From IMG/VR virus record IMGVR_UViG_3300013125_000006, positions 13,265 to 77,264 of that record: a stretch of 64,000 nt of DNA. One strand, written 5' to 3'. The notes below the pieces were generated by a model. That model did no database searches. It saw only the letters and a list, made by a program, of their open reading frames with translations, and was not told where the DNA came from. The stretch comes from a virus. The translations under genes were made by a program, and so were the position numbers. This document shows, in pieces, positions 15,201-28,600 of this stretch. The stretch's first letter is position 1; the number at the start of each line of letters is the position of its first letter.

Positions 15201-18200
15201 TAAAGAAAAAACCGCATATTGGAAAAATTTCCAAGAAGAAATGAGTGGAAGATTATCTTCTATGGCTAAACGTAATGTAATTTATACAGCAACAATAGAA
15301 TCACCAGTAAGAAATAGCAAGTTAGGAGTTCCTGATGATATAAATATGGCTGTAATAGATGATCACAGAGATGAATTATTTAATATAACTGGAAATACAA
15401 AAAATCAGGAAGTACATGATGGTTCTTCTTATATAAATTATATATACAGTTTAATGCTCGATAATTCTTTTCCAGGAAAAGGATATAATGGAACAAAAAA
15501 ACAATTTGCAACATTTGTTACTGAGTCTGGAGTAACCATAAAGAAAGACGCAGAAAGTGTAATAACAAATAGAAAAATACTTGATTCAAGAAATTCAAAG
15601 ATATCTTTTTTAGGAAAGCAAAAACAAATGCTTGGAATTGATGTTCAATTACCAGCTTCTTTTAAATTTAACGAATCTTTTAAAAATGAATTCTTCTTTA
15701 ATAAATTAGGAGTTATATATAGAATAGAAACTATAGATATTACTAAAAATAACTATGCAATGGTTGTATCAAGGAAAAATGGAAATAAATGGACATTAGA
15801 ACAGGAGCCAATTTCTGGAAAATTTAATAATTTATATCAATTATGGGAATTATTTGGAGCACAATATTCAACTGATATAGACAATAATTTTAATGAGGGT
15901 TCAAATGAACTATTGTATAGAATAGTAACTACTCAGAATGGGGAAGGAAAATATCCATTAAAAAATGCAATGATTCATGTATTATCAAATATCTCAGCTG
16001 TAAAAGCAGGAGCTGCAAATGTTAATGATAGAAAACTATGAACATCAGATGAACCATTAGCCTATACATCATTTAAAAATAGATTTATGGGACCTCAGCT
16101 TGATGCTTCTCATGATGCTAATGATTCAAGAATTAAAGAAATTACTCAGGTAATATCTTCCTTAGCTCAAAATTCTGATACAGCACATTTAGCACAAGAA
16201 GCATATGAGGATATAGCAACTGTAATAAAGAATGCAGCTAAACCATATGTAAAATATATGAAATTTGGCAAGGATATAAATAAATCTGATTTATATAAAT
16301 ATTTATCAGAGAAATTTGTAAAAACAATAGAAAATTCTAAAGGAGATAATATAGCAAAAATACTTGTTCAATCTTTTTCTCAAGATACTATAATACCTTT
16401 TAGTAACCAAAATTTCTTTATTCCTTTTGTAAGAGATGTAATAACAAGAATGAATAATGAGTTTATTTCAAGGTACTATTCTGGAATAGGGGCTGTTTTA
16501 ATTCCATCACATGGTATTATACAAGTATATGATATTCCACAGGCAGATGGTACAGTAAAAATAATGACTCAAGCAGATATAACTAAGGAAGCTTTAAGTG
16601 CAGGTATATTTGAAGGAGTAGCTTCAAATGATGAACTTATAGAAGCCCACATAAGAAAAATAGCTCCACCACAAGACATAACTTGGGGCGAAATAATGCT
16701 TGGAGATACTGTAGAAGTACCAAAAGAACCAAGAGCTGAAGCCAGAGAATTATTAAAAAATAATTTGGGTTTATTACAATCATTAAAAGATCAATATGGA
16801 GACAATGAATTATATATAAATCAATTAGTTTCTAGATATTTAGATTGAAATTTTGGAAATAATAAAATACCGAAAGAAATAGATTTTAATAATTTTAACA
16901 TTTTCTTAGCAGAAGATGCTTTATCAAATGATACGAGTATTGAAATGCAGGAAGTAACCTTGAGTAATCCTGATATATATTATTATTATAAAGAATTACA
17001 TAGTGGAAATGAACCTGTAAGAAAATTAACTAGACCAAGAGACTTAAAACCAAGTGAAATAACTTTTACATGAAATGGAAGAAAAAATCTATTTGATTTG
17101 GATTCTATAAGGCTTAGATATAAGTTCGAGAAGATGTATAAAAATAAAATGCTTAATGAATCTGACAAAGAGTTTATTCATTTAAGTAATTTTTATACTA
17201 AAGTTTCAAATGGCAGAAATCTTATTGAGGACTTTAAAACTGATAGCACTCAAGCAAGTAATATATTAATTAAGTACCTAAATCTATGAACAAAAAGAAA
17301 TTTAAACTTATTAGAACTTAATAGGGTAATGAAATCTGTAAATACTTCCACAATGGATGAAATTTTCGGGGAAGATAATTTAGTAAAATTATTTAGGGAA
17401 GTTAAAGATAGTTACATGAATATAACAGAAGAAATATCTGATTATGATTTTAAAGCTGCAGAATTAATACTAGGTAATTTATATAATTCTAAATTCAACA
17501 CTGATAGTAATAGTTCAATATATGAAATAAAATCTAAAGGAAGTGAATACTTTAAAGAATCTTTAGAAAAATTATTTGAAGAGGATTCATTTAAAGCAGA
17601 TATGAAGTTAATAGTAGAAGGAGTAGATCATCCAATATATATAAAATATACTGATAAACTTCCAGGAAATGATTATAAATTAAATATAAAACTAGAAAGA
17701 CCTCTTGATAATGGGGATATTACTAGAAAATTTGTTAGACTTAATGAAAAGGGAGAAAAAATATATGTAATTCCAGACCATAATTATGTAAGAGCTATAG
17801 AGCAAGACGGAAGAGAAGTTATTTATGTAAAAGCTGCCTCATCAGTTAAATCTAAAGAAGGTAAAATTCTAAATATTGAAGAACCCTTTAAAGAAAATTT
17901 AGCTAATCTTATAAATTCTTTTGAAGGATCTATAAGAACTATAGTTCCATTAATGGGTTCTGACAGTGATATAGTTGATAAACTTAAATTAAATAAAGTT
18001 ACTTTAAATGAATTTTCAAAATTTTCTAATTATGTTCCAATAGATAAAAATAATTTAGATACTGAATGATTTGAATTACATAAAAAACATATAATAGATA
18101 AATTGAGTAAAAAAATGTATGCTTCTTGAGAAAAATCTCATGAATTTGTAGTTGCACGTATCCCTGCTCAATCTATGCAATCATTTATGCAAATGCAAAA

Positions 18201-21200
18201 TATTGCTTATATGCAAGGAAATTCAAATGATGCATTTGTATCAGTTTGGCAAATATGATTACAAGGCAGTGACTTTAGATAATATTGGAGTCACTATAAT
18301 AAATCTCGTTAACTGCGGGGAACTCCTGAGAGTTTTTACTACAAACTTAGACTAGTAATAGATCTAAGGGCTATAATTAACTATTATAGATATTGTAAAA
18401 AGGTAAAAAATTGGACAATCCGCATCCAAGCGTCCTAGATAAAATTTATAAAAATATAGACTTTTAAATGGATAAAATTTTATAAATTTGTATTTAGGAT
18501 GAAGGTTCATCGACTATCCCGGAGGGGAGTAGAAACTTTCATTTAGTATTAATTATTAAATGAATTCATTATGTTTAAAAGAAAAATTACTAAAAAGTTA
18601 AATGTAGAACAAAAGCAATTACTTATTGCTTTATTATTAGGAGATGGAACTATTTCATCTAATTATGTTTTTAAACTTTCTCATGGAGAGGATCAATTAG
18701 AATATTTAAATTGGAAGATACTACTTCTAGATAGTTTAAATATAAAAAATAATGGTTTAAAAACATATATATCAAATTCAGGATATAATACTGGTAAAAA
18801 AGTTTTATATTCGCAAATGTCTTTAAATGCTACTATAAAAGCATTAAGAAGATCTGTTTATTTACCCAAAAAGACTTTATCAAGAAATCTTTTAAATTGG
18901 TTAAATACTCAGGGACTTGCAATTTGGTATATGGATGATGGACATATTAATGTTAATACTTCTAAGCAAAGGACTACTATCCAACATACAATAAAGTTTG
19001 CAACTTGTGTAAAGCTAGAAATAGCAACTATAATTATTCAATATTTTTTAGAAAAATGGGATATAAAATTTAGACTTTTAAATGAAGGGAAAAATACATA
19101 TTCTATTGCTTCTAGTACGGAAGCTGATGCTGAAAAATTTTGTAAAATTGTAAAACCTTACATACAACAAGTTCCTAGTTTATTATATAAAATAAGAAAA
19201 GATTTAACTAAAGAAGAATTTATTCAAAAACAAAATGAAGGTTTCGAAATGCGAGACATTATATATTAAATATAATGAAGATATAGTCAGTCTTTGTATG
19301 AAAGTATAAAGGTTAAACGGATATTGATAAAGCTTATATGCTTGGATCTGGATTTAGTTCTAATGGACAATTTGAAGCTATATCTAAGATAAGTAATTAT
19401 TCTAGTATAGATCAATTAAATGTGCTGGAAAAATTTCCAATACCAACCAATAAGAAAATAGAATTATCTACAGATGGTCTAGATTTAACAAACGAAACCA
19501 AAGAATTTTTTACTTATAGTAAAGAAGAGTCATTAACAGATGTCATAGATAATATTGAAGAAACAATTGCAATGAATGAATTATCTGTAAAGCAATTAAA
19601 TTTACTAAATATTATAATAAGAAAAGTTAATGATTATGTAAAAAATACTGGAAATAGAAATGTTTTTACAACTGATAATAATAAGGATGCAAAAATATTA
19701 ATAAATTTAATAAATAAGCATAATCTAGATAATGGGTATGTAAAAAATAAACACTCTGTAAAAAATTCCATTGTATCAAAAATAAAACAAATCATATCTT
19801 CTCCAAGTAATCAAATTTTAGCAAATATTCCAGTAGATGTTGAAGTTTGGCAAAATGCTGCTAATGCAGCAATAGCCTCAAAAAACATAGAAAAAGAATT
19901 TTTGTCTTCATATGATATGTTTAGTTATTATAAACAACAAAGAGACGCATCAGTAGGTAAGGATGATGTTGGTATAGCTGCTAATGGACTTAAAGTACTG
20001 TTTGCATTAACTAGTTATTATAACAATTACTTCAATAATTTTTCTTCAAATAATTCAGAGGATATAAGAAGAAGTAATAAAACATTTATAAAAGAATTTA
20101 AATTCTCAAATGGAAAAACTTACAAAATTGGTGCTATTAGTGATGTAGGTATGGATGATTCTCAAAAAGCTGCAATAGAAAAAGCTATTGGTAATTTTGA
20201 TGCATTTAGAAATGATGCAGCAATTTCTTTATCTAGTTTTACATCTGCAGCAACTGATAATGCTAAAGAATTACTTATGGCAAAAATTAATGCAACAGTA
20301 GAATTAGCTTCAATGCATATCTATTTACTTACATTAGGATTTACTCCTGGTCAAGTTTCTGAAATAATGACATCTGAAATAATAGATGATGTAATCAGTT
20401 CATTAGAAAGTAACTCTTTACTAGGTGAAAATAGTAGTATTATACCAGTTATATTTAAGAACTTAGAAGGGACATATAAAAACAATGAATCAAAATCAAA
20501 TGACTTAGCAGTACTAAAAGATATATATGATGGAGCACAGGAAATTAAATTCTTAGCAAAAATCTTAGGAGCCAATCAAAAGAGATCTGCAAATGTAGAA
20601 AAAATAAATGACTTTTTAACATCTTTAGAAACTACTCTATATGCTAGAGAAAATAATGTGTTTGGCAATGATTTAAGACTTCTTAATGAGTGAAATAAAT
20701 ATAAAGATTCTCCAGATAAAGGAAAAGCTAAGGAAGTAAGAGAAGTATTTAAGGGATTGGTTGATAAAATTATGCAACATAATAAAGCATTAAATTCAAA
20801 ACTGGATAGAAAATATGTAGAAGATTTACTTGAAAAAGCTAGCAATGTATCAGTAAGTTATGTAGATGAACAGGGGAAAAGACATTCTAAGTATGTAAGT
20901 ATTATAGGAGGAAATTTTGATTTTAGATATTTTGTAGATGGATCAAAAGAGAATGATGAATACAGAAAATTAACAAAACAATATTATAATTTAATAAAAA
21001 ATACTTATAATATATTTGATGTAATTGATGAAGTCCCACATTTTAAAGAAATGATAAATGGAATAATGCTTTCTCATAATATCTTAATGAATACTTCTAT
21101 TAAATATGCAACTGCATTTACAGTAGTAAAAGATGTATTAAGGGAAAATTCTCATAGAGTAGTATTTAGTGGTAAGGAGGATAATCCTAACCCAAGTATA

Positions 21201-22274
21201 AAAAATCAAATGGGAAATCCAGGATTATATCCACGTATAAGTGATCAAATGATAACTAAATCATTATCTGGTATAGATGTTATGTTAAAATCAAAGTGGT
21301 TAAAAAGTGAAGCTACTTCTAAATTAACTTTTAATGTAACTAGTTTAATAAAACAATTAAATGATTATAATAGAGAAGCTAAAAAAGATGTAATAAAAAA
21401 TTATTTAGTATATACGTCTGACGAAGCTTGGAGTAATGATAATGTATCAAACTTTTCAAAGAAAGTAAATGAAGAAGATGCAGAAGATACAATAATAACA
21501 TTAGACACTAATTATGGCATTGCAAATTTCAAAAGATTAATGGAAGATATATTACTCCCATTATTACAAAAAAATTCTAATATATTATTAGACTCCTTAA
21601 AAATACAAGAAGTAAAAAATATATTTGGATTAAGAACTTCTGGAATAGTGTCTACATTTTCATTAGGAGAATTAAACAATGCAGTAGTTAGAGATAAAGC
21701 CCAAAAATTAATAAAAGCATTTAATGATTTAGACAACAACTCAAGTACTAAAAATTTAGTAAAAAATTCAGCAAATGAATTATTAAGATGAAAGGATTTA
21801 TTCTATGTGTATAATTTATTATTAAATAATGAAAAATATGGAAGTTTAAGATTAACCCCACTATTTGAGGATTATATAAAAGAAAAAGATTCTTTAGGAT
21901 ATGATTATGTGATGTTTTCTTCAAAGATAGATTCAGGAGAAATAAATTTATTTAGCATAGAGGATATTATGAACGAATATCCTGAATACAAGACAGCTTT
22001 AGAATCTGGGGATACTGAAACAGTAGAAATCATAAAAAGAAAAGCATTTAAACAACTTTCAAATGATATATTATTCTACGCTTTACAAAGTGGAGGAAAA
22101 TTAACTATAAACAATGGGGCAAGGACTAATGAGAAATTATCTGTTACAAATGGAGATTTCTTAGTAGTAACATCAATTACAGAAAGTCAAGATGCTAAGA
22201 AAACACAATCTGAATTTAGTGAGGTACTAAGATTACTAAAAAGCAGAGGATTTATAATTAAATTTGAATGTTAA
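12283..22274 (+). CDS. Virion-packaged double-psi-beta-barrel RNA polymerase (~2982 aa). Exons 12283-18276 and 19320-22274; 10 in-frame TGA
   Basis: Splicing restores ARIPAQ...(W)LQGSDF|DIDKAY, the DFDID catalytic motif of crAss-like/phi14:2 gp66-type RNAPs. Other conserved-looking blocks: VHDGSSY, KDDVGIAANG, SAATDNAKELL. TGAs at 15076, 16039, 16846, 17071, 17287, 18067, 18127, 18256, 20691 and 21789. Confidence 0.9.
18277..19319 (+). mobile_element. Group I intron within the RNAP catalytic motif
   Basis: 5' exon ends in U (agtgacttt) and pairs with the IGS ggagtcact. Core elements: aactgcggg, aatccgcatccaag, ttcatcgactat and aagatatagtc. The intron ends in G and its removal restores the frame and DFDID. 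Confidence 0.92.
18571..19269 (+). CDS. Intron-encoded LAGLIDADG homing endonuclease
   Basis: Motifs IALLLGDG and LAIWYMDDG; lies inside the RNAP intron. Confidence 0.9.
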   Translation: MFKRKITKKLNVEQKQLLIALLLGDGTISSNYVFKLSHGEDQLEYLNWKILLLDSLNIKNNGLKTYISNSGYNTGKKVLYSQMSLNATIKALRRSVYLPKKTLSRNLLNWLNTQGLAIWYMDDGHINVNTSKQRTTIQHTIKFATCVKLEIATIIIQYFLEKWDIKFRLLNEGKNTYSIASSTEADAEKFCKIVKPYIQQVPSLLYKIRKDLTKEEFIQKQNEGFEMRDIIY

Positions 22275-22277
22275 ATA

Positions 22278-25200
22278 ATGGGAAAGTGTAAGTATATTTT
22301 AGAATTACCTGGAGGGGGAGTCATAACACTCCCCTCAGGTTTTGAAACTTTGGAAAAAAGTAAAACAATAGATAAATTATATGATAAATATTTTTCATCT
22401 AATAATGATGAAGAACAGCAGGAAGTGTTAAGAGAATTATCTGGGTCAATAAAAGCTGAAACTAAATATAAAATAACCCCTGAAAAAATAAAAACTATTA
22501 TATTAAAAAATAAAGACAAAGAAACCTTCTATAAAGAAATAAATAATATAATAGAAAATTCAGGTTCTTTTGATTCTCTTGGATCTGTATTATATGATTA
22601 TTTATCAGAGGATAAAGGAAAGAACTATAATAAAAGGTTATCAGAACTAAAGCAGAAATTACAGAAACCTAGAAAATTAAGTTACTTTCAAAATATAGGA
22701 GCTTCTGGAACATTAGGTTTAACAAATTTAGTACAAGAAAGATATAGAGTAAATTCCAAAAATGAAGAAAATAAAATATTTGGATTTTACAATGATACTA
22801 CTAAAAATCTATTAACTTTCTTAAAAATTCTTGCTGACACCTATAAAAATAAAAATAGAGAGAATACTATATATGGAATACAGGGACAATTTCTAGTAAA
22901 TGCATGGTCCATGGATGATATAGTATTATATGAACTTAACAATGATTTGTCTCTATTCTTAGGACTGTTTAAAAGAGAAGCATTAAAAGTAGATAAATCA
23001 AAACTTATGCCAATCTTAAAAGAAATAAATAAGATTATAAAGTTTAAAAAGTATGGAAAAATAGACATTAATGAAGAAGATTTTGATATAAATAAATTTT
23101 TTATAGGGGAATTGGAAAATAATAAAGTGCAGCAGTCACAATTAGAAAAATTATTGGCATTAAGTACTGATAAAGATATATCAAAACAAATTGATCAAAT
23201 ACTTAATTTAGTTGCATTAACAATAAATCCAGAAAGTTTGGGATTAATAAAATCAATTAAAAATTTATTCTGGCAATTATTTCCAGAGACATATGGAAAG
23301 AACAATATATTAAAAGCTGTTGAAACTGAGAAATTTATAAGTAAAGAATTAGAAATAGAAAAGGTATACAAGAATGATTTACTTCCATTTGATAGAATGA
23401 GTTCTCAAGTCAGAGATCATAACTATTCAATAATACAAACAATAGAGGGAGACTTATATGAGAATAGTGTAAAAAATATTATACCATATCAGGATATAGT
23501 AAAGTTTCCTAGTGGTGACAAGGGTGTATTTGCATTAGTAACTCATATTTTTAAAAGAGGAGAAAATGTAATAGTCTATGGTAAATTTAGAAATCAATAT
23601 GGGGAAATAGAAAGAATTGATAATGTTTTTAAACCGGGAGAACTTCAATATAGAAAACTGGAAGATCCAATATCACCAATGATAGAGGATGAAATAGTAT
23701 TACCAAATGATGGGATGATGATAATATCAAAAGCTGAAATGAATCCAAAGATAGTAAAAGAAATAATATCTAAAGGAGATTTGGTAAATGGAAATCTAGT
23801 AGTAGGAATATATCCAAATGTAATATATGTGCAGACTCCAGATAAAAAAATAAAATCAATTGGGTATGGAAAAATAAAATCAATGAAAGCTCTCAAAGCT
23901 TCCCAACTAAATAATGATAAAAAAATAGAACCAAATAAATTTGTACAAATAAATGATGGAACTCAGTTAACAAAAGGAGATTATTTTTTATTTGAGTTAG
24001 ATGGAAAAAAATTCTATAAGAAAATACTATTGGCGGATGATACATATGTATACTCAATTGTAAAAGGTACAAAAGGAGCCGCGATAATGCAGACTGAAAA
24101 GAAGAATTTAATAGGCTTAAAGGATGCAGAAGGTAAACTTACTATTGAGGATATATTAAGATTAAAAGAGGAAGTTAAAAATATTACTAGAAGTACAGCA
24201 ACAATGTCTTCTTTCAGCAATAAAGAGCAAGCTAGACCAGGAGATTTTTTCTTTTTTATGGATGGAAATACAAAAAAATATGGGGAAGTCTTGGAAGATA
24301 ATAAAGTAATAACATATAATGAAGATATTACTGATAAAATAATTCTAAACTTAGATAAATTACCAGAAGTATTATTTTTTACTGATAGAGATATTTCTAC
24401 AGATTATTTTTTATTTACTATAAGAAGTAACCAATTTGAAATTTCATTTAAAGAATATCCTGATAATGTAGCACTTGAAAAACAAGTTATATATGTAATA
24501 CCAAAAAATTCAGATTTAAATAGTATTAAATTATTAACAGGAGGATATGCAAATATAGGAAGTTACATAGAACCAGAATATTTTAACCCAGAAAAACATA
24601 TAGATATTACAGATCTAATGAAAGAAAAATTAGGGCTGGATAAAAATCAAAATATGTGAGTTACTAAAAAATCTTCGGAAAGTAATAAATTCAAAAGAAA
24701 TTTAGAATCTTTAATGGAAATAAAATATTTTGATTCTCTAGATTTACAAACTAAAAAAGAACTAGGAGTATTATTTCCTGGAGTATATTTTTCTTTATAT
24801 AAAGCTAATGAAATAGATTCAAAAATTTATAGAGTAACTTCAGTTAATGAAGACAAAGTAATTGCTCATTTTAATAGTATAAGTCCAACTGGAAAAATAA
24901 TAACAGTTGAAAAAGAATTTAATATTGATGATCTTTTAAATAGGGGAAATGATAAAAATGCAATAGTAGGAAGTATAGCAAATTTATACATACAAGAAGG
25001 AAATAGAAAAATAGGAGCAGTATTAAAAGAAGTAAATAAAGTGTCTGAAGAGGCAAAATTGGAATCTAGACCAGCTACTAATAAAGCAATAAATAAACTA
25101 ATTAAAAGTTTATCAAAAATATCTAAGAAATTAGATATGGAAGTTTCTTTAGTAGAGGAAAAAGAAGGAAATTTTAAATCAAACCAAAAAGCAAAAATAG

Positions 25201-25682
25201 AGACAAATAAAAAGGGAGAAACAAGAATATTAATAAATAAAAATATAGGACAAACAGAAGATGTTGTGCACGAATTTTTACACTTATTTTTAACTCCTTT
25301 AAGATATAAACATCCAGAAATATATCATTCTCTTATTCAAACTGTGATTAAAAATCCAGATATGAACATAACTGATGCAGAAGAAATATTTGTTTCATAT
25401 GTAGCATCAAAACTAGAAAGTCAGGAAGATTTTTTAGAAAGTTTCCAGGACATGGAATCTTTTGTAAATGGATTAAAAGTGGCATTAGGAGAAGTAAATG
25501 ATGATTATATAGTAAGCTTTGAAGAAGATCCTATAGAATTATTAAAAACCCCATTAATGGACCTATTTCAAATAGATAGGAATGATATAAGCAGTGAATT
25601 AATGAATTTAGGAATGGTTACAACTGAGCCAATGATGAGAGAATGAATGAAAAATAATAATATAATCTTAAATTGTAGTTAA
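22278..25682 (+). CDS. Virion cargo protein (~1134 aa) with C-terminal zincin (HExxH) motif; TGA at 24657 and 25644
   Basis: ORFs 22278 and 24714 share a frame and are joined over TGA. Motif VVHEFLHLF at ~25265. True stop is TAA at 25680-25682 (...IILNCS*). Confidence 0.82.
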
Positions 25683-25683
25683 A

Positions 25684-28600
25684 ATGGGACAATGTTTTTA
25701 TTATAAAAATGGCGAAAAAGTAGAAAATATTCAGGATATAATAAAAAGTTTTTTCAAAGACAACTTTCAATTAAAAAATGCCGCAATATTTAGTAGTACA
25801 GAAATTCAGTCAAGTACAATAGATGCTATAAAGAAAATAAAAGACACAAATTCATTTTCTAATAACGAAGAATTATCTGTTACTGATTTAATTACAAAAC
25901 AAAATGTTGGTCTTTTTAATTTGTTAGGAATATCCACAAAAGGAGGAAGATTGGCCCCAGAATATATTGAAGAAAATAGAATTTACAGTTATGTGAAAGA
26001 AAAATTAGATTCTATAAAAGATGATGTTGATATAACAGGATTAGAATATACTCAAAATAAATTAGAAACTTTAAAGAATACCCCTGAGTTTTCAGGAGTT
26101 TCAGAAAATAAATTAGTATACTTATTAAGTCAAATAGAATCTGATATTAAATATGAAGAGGAAACTAAGAACTTCGGAATATTATTGCATGATGTAATAT
26201 CTTCAAAAATAAGAGATACTGGCTATAAGAATAAGGTGTTAAAATATATAAAGGATAATAAAGGGAATAGCATATTAGGAGACTATTCAGATGAAGAATG
26301 AGTAAATAAAATTGATGAAATTTCTGATTCAATAGTAGAGAAAATAAAAAACATAGAAAAATCTGGGGCTTTTATAACTGAAATTTTTCTATCAAGTCTA
26401 CCAAATACTCCTATAAATACATATTCAAAAGGATTAAAGGGTAAAATAGACTTAATAGCTGTAGACTCAAATGGAGATCCTCATATCTTTGAAATAAAAG
26501 TATCCAAAACAAATTACGATGATTGGGACGCAGCAAAAACATTAACATTAGATTGGCAGCTTGCTTTATATAGACAATTGCTTGGACAACACGTAAATAT
26601 AAACAAAACAATGCTATACGTTATTCCTGTTTGACTAAGTGTAAAAGGTAATCCAAATGGAATTATTGTTCAAAATATTGTAAATAGAAAGTCAATAAGA
26701 AATAGTGGATTGAACGATACTGGAAGCATAACAGTAGCAGCTAATAAAATAATTCCAAGGGCAGTAATAGCAGATTATGATCCAGAAAGAATGGATATTT
26801 TAACAGATCAATTACATAAATTAATCCCAAATTATGAAGTTAAGACTGGGATAGAGGATTATGATGTAGATTCAATAATTGAAGCAGCAAGGAAAAGGTA
26901 TGACAAAGAAAAAGTTTGAAGAAAATGGAACAATTTTGATGATGCACCTGGACTCAAAAAAGGTTATATAGAGGCTGCAACAGAAGAGGAATTTAGAGAT
27001 CAAATTGAAAAATATGTAGCACATGTAAAGACTCAAGTAAATAGAAATGTATCTATATTAAAAGATGCTATTATATCAGCTATAAAAACTAATAATCCTA
27101 TTCAAACAAGTTCTTATAATTCTGAGAAAGACATCACGACTAATCACCTACTCAAAGAATATTTAAACGAAGAGTGGTCTGTAATTGATAGTATTCCTGA
27201 GGCATTAGCTATGGGATTAATAGTATTGAAAAATAATAAGAATGGAAACATAAATTTAATTAGTTTATCAGCAAATCAATTTTATGCAACTGCATTAGAA
27301 AATGATTTACCAAATGTGAATTATGGAGATTTAGAGTTTTTAAAATCATTTTTATTTATAAATACTTTTAAAGATATGCTGATGCCACTTGGTAGTGGAA
27401 AATTAGCTCAAATAATAATATATAATCCATTAAATAATCAAGTATATTCTAGGAATACCTATAATAAATTTGATGAATTTGTAGATAGAATGTATACTAT
27501 AGGGTTTAGGGAGGAATTAAAACTAGATAAAGAAAAGCACATAGCTGGAATAACAGATATTGCTTTGTATAATCTAGATGCAAATTTAAGAAAATTTGAT
27601 GGCTCTAATAAAGATGAAATAAATGAAATTTTTGCAAAGTTTAGAGAAACTAGTTTAGATGAAATAGATTTGGAACAGTTGATTGATATACAAAGAACTT
27701 TGTATGAAAAATTTCCAGACTATAAATTAAAAACTATAAATCCAACTTTAAACTTTGATGATCCAAAAGAAGTTTTATTGGCATTGTTACAAGTAGCAAT
27801 AGTATCAAAATCTCAAATGGATTTAACAGGGGATTTTCAAAGACTTTCAAAGTTCAGCTTTGGATTTTCAGATTTTAAAAGTTTAATAGCTGCATTATAT
27901 ACTGATAATTTAGAGAAATATAATAGAGAAGGAAAAAGAATACAAGGAATTGTTCAAGGGCTTATATGAACAACTCCAGATTGAGTTGCTTCAAAAGACT
28001 TAAAAAACATAAATAAAATAATGTCCACTGCGAATCAGCATATAGGAGAATCTATGGTAGCAATATCAGAAATTATATATGGGCATACAAAAAAATATTA
28101 TAAAGAGATAGGATTTAAAGAATTTAACCGAGGAGTTATCGGAGAAACACAAAGTAAATACAAAGATTTGTGGCTTCAAAAAGACGGAAAAGTATCAAAT
28201 GAATTCAAAACCAAGAATCCATATGTAGTTGATAATGAAAATATACTTACTGATGCTCAACGAGAATATTTAAAAAATATATTGTTTATAATAAATGTAT
28301 TTCAATATCACATACCAGATTCTGAGGCAAAAAAATTAGACCCTAATAAATTAGAGTCTTTAATGGAAAATGCCACACTTAAAGAAGCTATTGAAAGTGG
28401 TGAGTATTTTGAAATGCCTGTAATAAGGAGGGAAGAAATTTCTAGAGTCGGCGGGATTGTAGAATCTCCTGGAAAGTTATGGCAAGATAAAATAAAGCCA
28501 TTTATGGGAGAGATAAACGATTTAGTAGATCCAAGAGAACTTCTTCCAGATCAATTGGATATTATTGAAAAACAAAAGATGGGATTTTATGAAATGTATG

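Noticed and set aside
18152-18355. 67-aa ORF
   Set aside because: Out-of-frame overlap with RNAP exon 1 and the intron 5' end.
4226-26611. Many 60-180 aa - strand ORFs opposite the giant genes
   Set aside because: Antisense shadows rich in S/F/L/I, fully overlapping well-supported genes, with no motifs.
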